Positions 35,390 through 47,939 of a stretch of DNA of 64,000 bases are shown in pieces. The position numbers and the translations under genes are program-made. The notes under the pieces are model-generated. The model ran no database searches, had not been told where the DNA came from, and was given only the letters and a program-made list of their open reading frames with translations. Source of the DNA: Guillardia theta CCMP2712 (taxonomy: Eukaryota; Protista; Cryptophyta); the NCBI RefSeq assembly GCF_000315625.1, contig NW_005434653.1, positions 630,638 through 694,637 on the forward strand, given 5' to 3'. Numbering within the stretch: position 1 is the stretch's first letter; each line of letters begins with the position of its first letter.

Positions 35390-37550
35390 CATGATTGAAA
35401 TGTGCAGAGAGGTTGGGATAGGATCTCTGGGACGCGCAAAGAGCTCCAGGAAGACTGTGCGGGAGAGCTCTGAGGAAGCGGACAGGAGAGATGACTCAGA
35501 GGAGAGCAGCAAGGAAGCAGCCAAGGGAGAGAGCTGGAACGAGGCTCGAGAGACATGGCGTGGGGCTTTCGGGCTGAAGCAGCCTGGCAGATGAGGATGC
35601 GAGAAGTTATGGAAGCGAAGGCTCGTGCGGGGGATGCGCAAGGGTGCAAGTTCGAACCTCTCAGCAAAGTGTTCGAGGAAGCGCTTGGAAACCTCAAGCA
35701 GGTGCTTCACTTTCCTCCTCCATCGATTTTTGACTGTATGGGGTAAGGAGAGCGAAAGACCAGAAGTGCATCTGCGCGAGCGAGCGCGAGCAGCGATGGG
35801 TAGGAGGTGAACGTAGCGAGACTGGCTGACTCTCGTCCCGCAGAAGCTTTCAACCCTATAAGAGACGCTCAGGTGCGAGTCCTCCGGACCCTCTCGATCC
35901 TCCTCGAGTTACTCTGCTGACAGTACGGAGCTTTCATCGGCCCCGAGCTTGGCCCGACCTTCATGAGACGGTGATGACAGCCAGCGCAACTGCGAGTGAC
36001 TTTGAGCAGAGTGTCAAGCACCGCGCCTATCGCAGAAGGAGCGAAGATTTACTTCGACTCGGACCACAAAGAGTTTGAAAAGTACAAGGAGAAAGCCAAG
36101 GTGCCGCCTCGCCTCTCCTGCCTTTGTCACCCTGCTGCTCCAGGCGATCGCCAAGCTGAATGGAGGATTCTTCCATCGGACGTGAGGAGGAGGAGGGGAG
36201 AGAGTGGGCGGGGGGGGGGGTTGGGGAGGAGGAGGAGGAATCTTTCAACATGAAAGACAATCAACAGGCAATGGGACAACACGGCGCAAGCGAGGCCGGA
36301 AGCCCGCCTCCTCTGGTTCACCTGCTGGTGATCCTCCTCTTGTTTGAGAGCTCTCGATGACGTAGAGGAGCAGCAAGAGCCATCAGTTCCTCACGTCCCT
36401 CTCCGACCTCGAGACCCAGCAAGTTCAAGAGCCCAAGATAAACTGGTCGGCGCACGTGCAGGAGGAGGTTTCATCTCAGGCCTTGCAGGTGTCCCAAGTG
36501 TGCCAAGGAGGAGAAATTCAACAAAGTTGACGAATGTGAGGGAGAGCCAAAGTCCTCCTCGTCCCTGACCCTTTGCTTCTCAGTTGGCCATCACATCGAC
36601 GCGTCATGGGCTGACTTCTTCGAGCGGGTTCGCTCGCTCCGGTCCTTTCCTCCTCCTCCTCCTCCCTGCCGATCTGGTTGACTTGTGGTGAAGACCCAAA
36701 GACTACATGAACAACGAGGAGAGGAGTGCTGAGGCTCAAGCAAGACTCTTCCAGAAGGCTCGCGAGCAGGCATGCTGCATCTCGCCGCCTCATCCTCGAC
36801 TTCCTTCTCCTTCTCCTGCTTCTGCTGCTCGTCCTCCTCCTCCTTCCCCAACATCCTCTTCAAAATCGTATTCCCTCCTCGTCAGTCTCTTCGCCATGAG
36901 CCTTCACGTACCTGCCCTGGCTTTGCCTCCAACTCCCTCCATCATGCTTCCCTTGTCTTTTTGTTTGACCTCCAGCCTCCGCAGATTCAGAGCGACGACT
37001 TCAACCTGGAGGACTTTTGGAAGGACGAGGAGGTGCTGCTGCTGGCCCCCTTCACCTCTAATCCTCTGCTAGACCGACTTCAAACCGTTTCCCAAACCTT
37101 CTTCGGATCAGCAGATGCCAAAGCCAGCCATGTGCGCACGAGGAGGAGGAGGAGGAGGAGGAGGAGGAGGAGGAGGAGGAGGAGGAATGGGTGAAAAGCG
37201 GCTAAAATTGCAGCAGGCATCAGAATGAAGAGGACGTCAAGAACCTTTCACCTGGTGAGAGGTCGCAGCTCTCCTGCTCGTTTCTTACCGCCTGCTCAGT
37301 CGAAGAGGTCGAGAGGATCATGCAGGTCCTCAAGGACAAGTCCGACATTCCGGTCAGCCTGACCTGCATGCTCCTTTGCGCGTCCTCACCCGCAACTCAA
37401 GATCCATAGCTTCACCGCTAGCGAACTCTGCCTGCTGCTGGGGATCAAAGTGGTGAGTCTTGAGGGTGATGGTGCAGGAGGATGAACTCAGCAACTGTGA
37501 CAGAGCAAGATGAACGACCCTGACCTGCTGAGGAAACGCTACCGGTGATG

Positions 37551-37588
<38 letters not shown>

Positions 37589-38061
37589 GGTCTCTACCCA
37601 TCACTTGACGCTCCTTCAGTCGTCTCGTTCTCATCCTCCATCCCGACAAGAACAGACACGAGAGTGCAAAGGATGCCTTCACTGCTGTGCAGCAGGTGAG
37701 CCCAATCCCGGTTCCTTGCCACGCCTTCTCTTTCTCTTCTCTTCTCTTTCTCTTCTCTTCTCTTCTCTTCTCTTCTCTTCTCTTCTCTTCTCTTCTCTTC
37801 CTCTCTTCTCCTCTCCTCTCCCCCTCTCCTCCCTTTTCTTTCTTCTCCCCTCTGCTCTGCTCTGCTCTGCTCTGGTCTGCTCTTGTCTTGTCTTGTCTTG
37901 TCCTGTCTTGTCTTGTCTTGTCTCCCCTCGTCTTGTCCTGTCCTGTCTTGTCTCGTCTCGTCTTGTCTTGTCTTGTCTTGTCTTGTCTTGTCTTGTCTTC
38001 TGTTCTCAGCTCTCTGCAGGGTTTTGAGAATTTGGCTTCAATCTTGATGAGAAGGAAGTGA
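35390..38061 (+). CDS. Multi-exon protein with C-terminal DnaJ (J) domain; 5' extent uncertain
   Basis: Spliced LLGIK...LRKRYR / LVLILHPDKN...AKDAFTAVQQ / GFENL; HPD motif at ~37638-37646. Confidence 0.7.
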
Positions 38062-38524
38062 AATGACTAAGGTGAACATTTTTCTTCTTTTGCCAAAATT
38101 CAACAAAATTTATTTATCTTGTCAAAAAATGTCCTTCTTCACCGAATTTTCTTGATCGCAACAATAAGACCACCCCACCCATTCATTTTCACTCTTTTGA
38201 TGGGAATATGACCCCTACTTGAGCGCAACGTCGGCCCCTGTTCTCTTTTGCACCCTTATCACCCAACCCCTCAGATGAAAATTTGAATTTGAAGTACCCC
38301 TGATTATAGCCACATCTTTACTGGTGGAATACCAGGTAGTTGAAGTACCCTACCCCCTTACTTTCAATAAGACTCGTTGCAACAAGACAAGGGGGCGAGC
38401 AAACAGGGAGAGAGAGAAGAAACGAGAGAGGAGGAGGAAGAGAGAGAGAGAGAGAAGAAACGAGAGAGGAGGAGGAAGAGAGAGAGAGAGAGAAGGATTG
38501 TTTCAACAGAAAGATTGAAGGCGA

Positions 38525-39886
38525 ATGAATGGAAGATCAGCCTTTCTTGTCGAGGCAAGGAGCTTTCTTCGTCGATTGACCTATGGCGCACCTCGTCCTT
38601 CGCTTTCTGCTCTTGACGTACAACAGAGGAATCATATCCCTTACGCGCCATCTCCGATCGATAGACCACGAGTATCGCTGCTAGCTGAGATCCAAAACTC
38701 CCCGGGCGCTCTGTATCGCCTCCTGCGGCCCTTCCAGGAAAAGAGCGTCGACTTGACGAGGATCGAGTCTCGTCCGAGCATGCGAGGCGAGTCTGTCTTT
38801 GACATCGCCATCGACTTCTACGGTGACATGCGGGACGATCGGATCTCCGCCGTCCTCCAAGAAGTGAAGGGCAACAGCGCTAACGTGCTCGTCCTCGACC
38901 AGAAGCTCGTCCCCTGGTTTCCCCTCCATGTCTCCGAGCTCGATGCCATTGCCACCCGCACACTCGACGCAGGAGCGGAGCTGAAGAGCGATCATCCGGG
39001 GTTCCATGACGCGACTTACAGGCAGAGGAGGCAGATGATCGCAAGTCTGGCCAACCAGCACAAGCATGGGAGCCTGCCACCCCTGCTGGAGTACACGGAG
39101 GAGGAAATAGCGACTTGGCGCACAGTATACGACAACTTGGAGCCGATGACGAACAAGTTCGCGTGCAGGCAGTACCTGGACATCGTCGCTGAGATGCGGA
39201 GTGAAGGAGTTGTGACTCGAGATCGCATACCACAGCAACGAGACGTCTCGGCTTTCCTCGAGGAGAAGACTGGCTTCACTGTCCGCCCTGTCGCTGGCCT
39301 CCTTTCCTCCCGCGACTTCCTCAACGGCCTCGCCTTCCGCACGTTCTTCAGCACCCAGTACATGCGCCATCACTCGCTTCCTCTCTACACCCCCGAGCCT
39401 GACCTCTGCCACGAGATCATCGGGCACGCCCCCATGTTCGCAGACCCGGACTTCGCCGACTTCTCGCAGGCCATCGGGCTTGCCTCCCTCGGGGCGTCGG
39501 AGGAGGACGTGAAGCGGCTTGCCACCTGCTACTGGTTCTCCGTTGAGTTCGGGCTCTGCCGGGAGGAAGGCGAGGTGAAGGCGTACGGGGCGGGCCTGCT
39601 GTCATCTTTTGGCGAGCTGGAGTATGCATGCTCGCCCACGAGACCAGCTGGAGGAAAGCTGGAGGCTCCTGCCATCGAGGCATGGGACCCCTGGGTGGCT
39701 GCTCATCGGAGTTACCCGATCACTGAGTACCAGCCAACCTACTTCTGTGCTGAGAGCCTCCAAGAAGCCAAGGAGAGGATGCGAGACTTCTGCGAGCAAG
39801 GCCTCAAGCGCCCTTTCCATGCTCGCTTCCACGAGCTCTCGCAGTCTGTTTGGGTGGATCGAAACGTCGCGCGATCGCCTCCTTGA
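38525..39886 (+). CDS. PAH: Phenylalanine 4-hydroxylase (ACT domain + biopterin-dependent catalytic domain), intronless
   Basis: LTRIESRPS (ACT), VPWFP, DHPGF, PVAGLLSSRDFL, TQYMRH, YTPEPDLCHE, GHAP, YWFSVEFGL, KAYGAGLLSSFGE. Confidence 0.93.
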   Translation: MNGRSAFLVEARSFLRRLTYGAPRPSLSALDVQQRNHIPYAPSPIDRPRVSLLAEIQNSPGALYRLLRPFQEKSVDLTRIESRPSMRGESVFDIAIDFYGDMRDDRISAVLQEVKGNSANVLVLDQKLVPWFPLHVSELDAIATRTLDAGAELKSDHPGFHDATYRQRRQMIASLANQHKHGSLPPLLEYTEEEIATWRTVYDNLEPMTNKFACRQYLDIVAEMRSEGVVTRDRIPQQRDVSAFLEEKTGFTVRPVAGLLSSRDFLNGLAFRTFFSTQYMRHHSLPLYTPEPDLCHEIIGHAPMFADPDFADFSQAIGLASLGASEEDVKRLATCYWFSVEFGLCREEGEVKAYGAGLLSSFGELEYACSPTRPAGGKLEAPAIEAWDPWVAAHRSYPITEYQPTYFCAESLQEAKERMRDFCEQGLKRPFHARFHELSQSVWVDRNVARSPP

Positions 39887-40030
39887 GGCGAAGTAAGGAG
39901 GGAGCGGACGTTATCTTTGCTAAGTGCGAGTGGAAGGAGAATGAGAGTGAGTGAGTGATAGTTTACAAGAAATTCACCAATCAGCAGCTCGAGACGAAAG
40001 TTTCTCCTGCTCCTGCACTCAAGTTCAGTC

Positions 40031-41859
40031 TCATCCGGCAGCATCCACGTCCTTCTTTACCTGCTCATACTCGATCTCCAGCCTCGCGCCTCCTTTCCTT
40101 CGCTTGGAGCTTGGCTTCTTGGTAGGAGGAGCAGGCTTGGCCTTAGAGCTTGGCCTAGAGAACATGTGAGGGGCGGGAGAAGTATAAAGGAAGCAGAGGA
40201 AGAATAGGAGAGATCGAAGAATGCTGATAGAACGAGCAAGGAAGAGGAAGAGAGTCAAAGGAACAAAGCTACAAGGTAGAGCAAACATATGGTGCGATGG
40301 CAGCCAACATGGAGGATGCAGATCAAGCAGTAAACAGGAAGTGGGAGAAATTACTTAGCTCGCTTTCTTGGTGCTTCTTCCTCCTCCTCTGACTCCTCTG
40401 ACTCCTCATCCACTCGTGCGTTTCTCCGAGTCTGACAAGATGAACGTCACGTGTCGAGGAGCAGGAGGGTCACCAGACCTTATTCTTGGAGCCCGCGTCT
40501 TCAATGTCGTCCATATCCTCATCATCCGAGTAATCTTCGACAAACTGACAAAGAATGAGACAAGCTGCTTCATCAACCATTCCTTCTTCCACTGCTTACT
40601 TGCTTCGATCCGAATCCAAATTCCTCCTCCTCCTCTTCATCTTCATCCCAGTCCTGAGACAAAATTTCAAGGTGAATCCACAATGCACTTGTTGCGTTAC
40701 CTCGTAATCCTCCTCCTCGTCTTCCTCTTCTCCTTCTCCCTCCTCCTCATCTTCGTTGTATTCCTCCTCGTCTTCGACCAGCGCCTCCTCCTGCTCCCTC
40801 CATCAGCAGACGTGATTACTTCTACCTCCTGGCACCTCATCGAGAGCGTTGGAATATTCCTTCATGGGGAAGTTGTAGATATCGCCGTACGTGCCTTCGT
40901 CTCTCTTACTTCACCTCGCACATCACTCCTGTTTCACCTGATCGCAATCGCTCCAGCAGCTCCTTCTCGATCGCTCCTTCGATGTTCGCTGCACGCAGAG
41001 CCTGACACAGGCTTCAACGAGCATGATGTCACTGCAGCAAGTCGACCTTGGCTTCTCGGTTTCTCTCTCTCTTCTCAACTTTCTTGTGAACACCAACCAG
41101 CTTTGGCCTCACCTGTTTGAGTGTAGAGTGAGGGCCAAGAAGTTCACACAGAGGAACTAGGGAAGGAAAGGAGGGGAAGGAGGAGGGCGTCATGACAGAC
41201 CTGTAGCGACAACTTTCGCATGCGGATGAGGTATTGGGTGATCTTTGTGAGACGCTGTTTGCACTTGTGCACCAGGAAGTTGGGCCAGTACCTGTCAAGG
41301 AGTCAGGGCCAGCAGGCAGACCCTCATCCCGTCACTTGAGGTGCTCGTCGATCTGCTGCAGCGCCTTGGCATAGTTCTTCGACAGCCTGATCTTCTCCCA
41401 CCTGTCTCGCTTCAGCTCGACACCCAACCTCAAGGTAGTCGCACAAGTTTGCAGGGGAGTGAGCGCGCTCGATGGTCTTGATGTAGAGGATGCACTCGCC
41501 GTCCTCCTCGTGGATGGTGGCATACTGCAAGACTTTCAGGGACGATAGGCAACTTGTCGTCGCACACCTGACTGTTGGCAAGAGGACAAGACTGCCTGTT
41601 GCACAAGCCGGTCACGTTGTGCTCGTTCCTACAGAAGTTCTGTTCTTTGTCGGTCAACCTGAACGACGATCAGTGAGGCGACATGAGAGCGAGCGAGAGA
41701 AAACTTGAGGATCCTCCCCTGCTCCCCGCTCCCCTCCTTGCCCTCGCCATGTCGCCCTCTCTCACAGCCATGCTCGCTCATGCTCTCGCTGGCTCACCTC
41801 GCCTTGAAGGAGCAGAACTGCTGGTTGATGGTCTGCCAGATCACCTCGTCGACCTGCAT
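40031..41859 (-). CDS. MAK16: Ribosome biogenesis protein MAK16
   Basis: [70 protein letters not shown], acidic tail, LEIEYEQ. Confidence 0.95.
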
Positions 41860-41877
41860 CGCACGTGCCGTCGAACC

Positions 41878-41962
41878 GAAACTTTGAGACTTTGAGGGGT
41901 TGAGAACTCTAAACTTTGAGAGTTTCAAACTTTAAAACTTTGAGACTTTGAGACTTTGAGGT
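41878..41962. repeat. Degenerate tandem ACTTTGAG array just upstream of the MAK16 start
   Basis: Six exact ACTTTGAG copies plus degenerate ones within ~85 bp. Confidence 0.75.
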
Positions 41963-43036
41963 CAAAATTCAGACGTTTACAGGAACTTTTGAAAGCCCTA
42001 ATTAAAAATATTTTATGTTCTTTTCCTCGAACGGGGTGGGGGTGAAGATGGACCCTAACAATAATAACATGATATCTGATAATTTGTGGGTGGGGTAGGC
42101 TTTTTGTAGGGGTGATGTATTCCATTTTTAAAACTAAAAAGGACCATTGGGCAGCACTGTAGAGACTAGTGACCACCCCACCGTCTCAGGTCTTTACCGG
42201 TACCTCTGACGCCTCTCGCACCCACTACCCACATCTGATCCACTGAATCACAGTGAAAACCACCCCTACTTCAGCCCACCCCCCACGGGGCCGTTTAGCT
42301 CCAACTTCCTGCTCCCCATTCACGTTCCCGTACCCCACCCCCGCCTTGTCCCCATCTAGCTTTATCTTTTGGAGTCTCCAAGAGGCGGTAGGGTATAAAA
42401 ATATGTGGGTGGGGGTTATCTCTTGAGTACCATGTAAATAAGGAGGTGATCGAAAAGAGAGGGTGGGGTAGGCGAAATGACATAGAAGGGTGGGGTAGGG
42501 TATTAGAGGCGTATGATGATGGGATCCATGTCAAGGGAGTCACGGGAGCTGCGGGAAGAGGGTGGGGGAGACGAGCAGAGGAGAGGCGAGGAGAGCAAGA
42601 GGAGAGAGAGGGAGAGGGAGAGGGAGAAGATGGGAGAAGGTGGGAGAACAACAGACGTGCTTGAGTGGCCGGCTAGGGAAAGAACAGAATGAGGAAAGAT
42701 AATCAGGGAACGAACGATAGATGGAAAAGATTCAATGAAGCGCAAGATACGACAAAATGAGTTGAGAGAAGCCAAAGAGAATAAGATTGAAGAAGTCGAG
42801 GGATGAAGGGCATGTCAAAATTGCTGAGAATAGGAGATGTTGACGTATCTGTTCTTAGAGATGAGGCCGATCGCGGAAAATCGTTAGCTCAGAGTCTGTA
42901 CTAGGCTGCAAGTGTAAGAGGCTGCTAGGTCGTAACGAGGCTGAAGATTTTCAAAGGAATGTTGGGAGGAAGGAGGTCGATGTCTCTGACGACTTGCTTG
43001 ATGCGCAGAAGTTGGATCGACGGAGAGTGACGGGAG

Positions 43037-43945
43037 ATGAGGGTTCTGAATCAGACGACAGTTGACATTGCCAGCGGGTTTGCAGCTGGAGTGAACGTGA
43101 CGTTGGTGGGGCATCCGTTCGAGACGATCAAAGTTCGCTTGCAGACGCAGCCCTCTCCCCCGCATCACATCTACACGGGCTTCATCGACTGCGTGAGGAA
43201 GACTCTCGCGTGGGAGGGCCCGACGGGGCTGTACAAGGGGGTGGCAGCGCCCCTGCTGGGGCAGCTCTTCTTCCGTAGCGCGCTCTTCTGGTCCAACGGC
43301 TTCTTCAACCGATGGGCCTCGGACAACGGCAAGAAGACTCCCTCCTACTTCATGTTCGGAGTCGGAGGATCGTTCGCGTGGGCGGTGGGGGCGTTGATCG
43401 AGTGTCCCTTGCAGCTAGCCTCATCTCAGATGCAGGTTCAGATCGTCAAGGCGAAGAGCAACGCGGCGTACAAGCCTGAGTTCACGGGAGTGGTCAACTA
43501 CATCGCTCGCGCTCCCTCCAAGTACGGGGTCAGCGCGCTGTACACGGGGATGGTTCCGCATCTTTGCCGCAACGTGGCAGGAGGTTTCTTTCACTTCGGG
43601 AGCTTCGAGTACATCAGACGAGAGTACGCGAAGAGGAAGGGAGTGCCTGTGACTGAGGTTGGGCTGACGGTGAACATGATTGCTGGGTCGGTGGGAGGCT
43701 TTCTGTACTGGTCGCTCACCTATCCGGTCGATGTGGTCAAGTCAGCGATGCAGGGAGATTCGCTCGAGAACAAGAAGTACAGGGGTATGGCTGATACTTT
43801 CAGCAAGCTGTGGAAGGAGGGAGGAGCTGTGCGCTTCACGCGGGGCCTGTCTGCCTGCCTTCTGCGATCCGTGCCAGCCAATGCTGTGCTGCTGACGACT
43901 GCCTTCCGGGTGAAAGAGATCGGGTACAAGTACATAGAGGAGTAG
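43037..43945 (+). CDS. Mitochondrial carrier (SLC25; carnitine/basic amino acid carrier-like), intronless
   Basis: Three repeats with PFETIKVRLQ, PLQLASSQMQ (degenerate), PVDVVKSAMQ; GLYKG; RSVPANA. Confidence 0.93.
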   Translation: MRVLNQTTVDIASGFAAGVNVTLVGHPFETIKVRLQTQPSPPHHIYTGFIDCVRKTLAWEGPTGLYKGVAAPLLGQLFFRSALFWSNGFFNRWASDNGKKTPSYFMFGVGGSFAWAVGALIECPLQLASSQMQVQIVKAKSNAAYKPEFTGVVNYIARAPSKYGVSALYTGMVPHLCRNVAGGFFHFGSFEYIRREYAKRKGVPVTEVGLTVNMIAGSVGGFLYWSLTYPVDVVKSAMQGDSLENKKYRGMADTFSKLWKEGGAVRFTRGLSACLLRSVPANAVLLTTAFRVKEIGYKYIEE

Positions 43946-43959
43946 TCTTTCTTGATTGT

Positions 43960-45480
43960 ATGATTTCCTCTCATATTCTTCGAAAAGACTGCAAACCCCC
44001 CACGATCAAGCTTCTCTCCATGCCCTCCATCACCTTTCAACCAGCAGTCAACGAGCGCGTGCAACACGCTGCCTGTACCTCCAGCTGCTGCAGCAGCTCC
44101 CTGCACTCTTGCAGCTCTTTCCGAGCTGCCGCGTCCGTGTCGAGTCCATCAGCAAGAGAAGTCTGCGGGTATCGTCGGGGTTGGCAAGGAGGAGAGCTTC
44201 TCACCTTCAGCCTGCTCACACCATCCATGGCCGGCGCCTCGCTCGCCATCAGCTTATCCATCCACGCGCTGCAGGCGTCCTGGGCCTCGTCAGGCCTACA
44301 CGTGCCTGTGCCCCTGGCGTACCAGGCATGCGAGGACGGCAGTCTCGTCGGGCATGCTCTCGTGCTGCACGGGAAGCAACTTGGAGGCTGCCGCAGCCGC
44401 GTCGGAAACTTTAGCATAATTGACCTGCACTGGGTGAGAAGAGGGAGGGGGTAGAAGGTCGTGACTTGGAAGTTTCTCCACAAAGAGAGGCTGTCGCTCT
44501 GCTCTGATTCCTGAAGGTCCCAACGTGACAGGAGGACGAGGAGGACTCAAGTCAGACCCTCTGGCGCACGATGGCTTCGAGCGAGCGCCTCTGCTCCTTG
44601 AGCATCCGCCGGTAGTTGACGAGCTAGTCTCCTATCAGCGAGGAGTGCTCATAGGCAACGGGTTCACCTGACAGGCCTCGTGGTACTCGCGCGTCTCTTC
44701 CATCACTTTCTCCTTTAAGGTTTCCTCCTGCAGCCCACGCTTGAGTCTGTTCAGACTCACCCCCTCACCTACCTCTCGCCACAGCCGCTGCAGCATTTCT
44801 GCTGCTTTCTTCTCTCGGACGGCATGAGCTGCCTGCGCCTTCGACCTCGCGTAGCGCCACTACCAGGTCGTCACTCCCTCCAGCCATCCCTCTGCTGAGG
44901 ACCTGAAGCCAACGATCGGCGAGCTGGTCGAAGTGAGCTTCTACGTTTGTCTTGTCGTAGAAAGGAGCGGAGGATACTGCAAGGGAATCACATCGCGCAG
45001 CAGACATGCAGGAGCACCGGAGGCGGCGGCTGACGGTGGGCGAGCGCTGCTGGCCCGTTGCTTCTCTCTGGTGAGGATGTTAGGTGAGCATGAAGAGAGC
45101 GCAGGCTCACTTGACACAAGACATGTCTGTCGACGGGTCCGGCGCAACAAGATTCGACTTCTGATGGCTGCGATCGGCAACGCGTCAACCCAGCAGGACT
45201 CACAGCTCGCATGCACCTCTTAGGAGGAAGTTGCGCTTGCTTCTGGGTGGTGGACTGACGCCCGCCTCTGAGAGCTGATGAGACGGGAGTCTGACAAGGC
45301 TGATCGTGATGATTCATGGCTGTGAAACGCTTTCAGACTCTCATGCAAGGCAATGAGACGTCGCTGCCTGGCGAGCAGCTTTCGATTTTGGTCTTGGTCG
45401 AGCTTTGACTTGGCTTGTCCATGGTTTGAGGAGCTGCAGGGTCATGGGACTCAACATGTCGAAACAGTGAACATGTCAAA
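43960..45480 (-). CDS. Hypothetical multi-exon helical protein; boundaries approximate
   Basis: Coding-like segments separated by short GT-AG introns; no recognised motif. Confidence 0.4.
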
Positions 45481-46262
45481 AGTACCAGGAGTGCGTGGGA
45501 CATCTTTCAAGCTTCTGCTTGCAAAAGCTATCAGCTCTGGAAACCTACAACTCTCGATCGACCTGTCGACGTTGGTTCGCGGCTTGGTTGCTGAGCTCAC
45601 TGAGTCTTGACTTTGACTGATTCAAAAACTTGTCAGATTCAACTGCAAGGCTATCCAAGGCCGACGCACCGACTCGGTTTGTTCTCTTTTTGTTTCTTCT
45701 GCTCCTTCCAAGCAGCAAGTTTCGCCGCTCGGTCTGCCGCTGGGTCGGACAGAGCGTCTGCCGTCTCCTGCATCTGATTTAGTTAAGCTGACTACGATCA
45801 AAGCAGGACGGCTCTCAATCAGTATGACGAGATGAACTGAACATTTTCCATGCATTGCACCCAGGAGGGTACGAAGAGGAGACAGGGAAGCAGGGAGGGG
45901 AGGTAGATGAAAATGATGATGGAGTTATTGTAGTTGATGATGATGGAGATGATGATGGAGATGATAAAGTTGACGATTGTGATTATGATGGGGAGAGGGA
46001 GAGGGAGAGGGAGAGGGAGGAGGAGGAGGGAGCGCTCACATCTCTAGCAGCTGAAGCCATGGCGTTCAGACAGGCGTGTAATATTCGAAAATAATGAATC
46101 CTTAGTTAAAAGTTCAAATCAATAAGCGAATTTATAAGTATTAATTCAAAACTATTTTACCCAGTGCGTGGACCACAAAGCAAGGGGTTGGGGTCCTGAT
46201 TCAAACCGTCGTTACGAACAGTTACAGTTCTTTTTTCTTCTTTTTTCCTTTTTTTTCGCGCA

Positions 46263-47857
46263 ATGGTGCGAGCTAGGCGGCATGGCATGGCGACGGTCAT
46301 GTGGTTGACGCGATGCGCCTCCTCCTCCCTCCTCCTCCTCCCTCTGCATGTCCCCCAGACCCTCCCTCCCCTCCCCTCCCCTCCTTCCTCCCCTCCCACC
46401 CTGTCGCTCCCTCCTCCTCTTGCCCCCTCCCCTTCTCCTTCCTGCGAGCGCGGGTTGATCTGCTGTTTCAGAGGAGAAGGAACCGCTCGGCCCTCTACTC
46501 CTCATCGGCGACGAAGCAGCTGCAGATGCAGTCGCAGGACCTGAGCTCATGTCTTGCTGCCCTGCAAGGAGCGCAGACTCCCAGCCAAGACAGCATCCTC
46601 AGCCTCGCCCGCGCCTGCGTCCCACCTCTCGGCGAGAAGACGAGCAAGGGAGAGGCTGGAAGAGTCGGAGTGATCGGAGGAAGCTTCGAGTACACGGGTG
46701 CTCCCTACTTCGCTGCGGTGAGAGCTGCTGTCGCCCCCCTGCCTCTGACGCTCTCAACTTCAGTACACGGCTCTACGTGCAGGCTCGGACATCGTCCACA
46801 TCTTCTGCGAGACTCGAGCTGGGGGTCCCATCAAGAGCTACTCCCCCGAGCTCATCGTCCATCCGCTTCTCCTCGTCTCCGACGACCCGACTGTGAGCAT
46901 GACGGGCAGGGTGAGGGAGCAGCGGCTCTCTTTCCGCATCTCATGCGCGTGCGCAGGAGGAGCGAGGAGCAGCAGCGTACCAGCAGCTGAGCGAGTGGGT
47001 CGCGCGACTTGACGGCATCCTACTGGGCCCTGGGCTAGGACGCGACGAGCTCGTCCTGCAGACCTGCAGCAGGCTGCTCCTGCTCGTTGCTGAGCTGGGG
47101 AAGCCCATGATCTTGGACGCCGATGGCCTGTACATCCTGACGCAGGCGATCCGGGAGGGAGAGAGGGGAAGCAGCCTGCAGAAGCAGCTGCTGGGAGCGA
47201 TGAGGACAGCGCATGTGACACTGACGCCCAACAAGGTAGAGTTCGAGAGACTGTGCCGGGCGCTCAAGGTCGGGGAGGAGGAGGAGGACAAGCTGGGGAA
47301 GGCAGCGGAGCTCGCGTGCTCGGTTGCCGGGAGGATCGGAGAGAACGTGGTGTTGGTGGTGAAGGGCAGCAGCGACGTGATCTGCTCCGACTCCTCCACG
47401 TGGCTGTGCGACGACAAGGGCAGTCTGAGGCGAGCTGGGGGCCAAGGCGATGTGCTGGCTGGGCTCATGCTGACGTTCGCGGTGTGGGGGTTCATGGCAG
47501 CCAAGAGGATGGAGGAGACGAAGACGGGGAGGCGAGAAGAGCTGCAGCTGCTGAGAATGTCTTGTTGTCTCGCTGCTTGTAAGGTACAACACACCCACAG
47601 CAACTCCTCCTCCTCCTCATCTTCTTCCTCTCTTCCTCCTCCTCTCGTTGCGCTCATGGAGCGGCAGGTGGCGAAGCTCAGCGCCTTGAAGGCCTTCGAG
47701 AAGAAGAAGAGAGCGATGACGGCGAGCGACGTGATGGAGGAGGTGAGAGCTGAGTGAGGCGAGAGAGGCTGCGGGAGATCTTGAGGGGGGAAGGGGATGA
47801 TTGTTCTACCAGGTTGGCTCCGTCTTTGACATTTTCTTCGGGGAGGAAGGGAAATGA
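46263..47857 (+). CDS. NAXD: ATP-dependent (S)-NAD(P)H-hydrate dehydratase (YjeF-C/carbohydrate kinase family)
   Basis: KGEAGRVGVIGGSFEYTGAPYFAA, IKSYSPELIVHP, GPGLGRD, LDADGL, LTPNKVEF, RRAGGQGDVLAG. Confidence 0.92.
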
Positions 47858-47939
47858 GAGGAGGAGATGCTCCCCTCTGAGACTTCTCCCTCCTCGCCTC
47901 TCCCTGCTCTGTTGACCCCCCCCCCCCCCCTTTCCTCCT

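Noticed and set aside
38525-47857. Possible metabolic cluster (PAH, mitochondrial carrier, NAXD)
   Set aside because: Interspersed with unrelated genes; no shared pathway or regulatory evidence.
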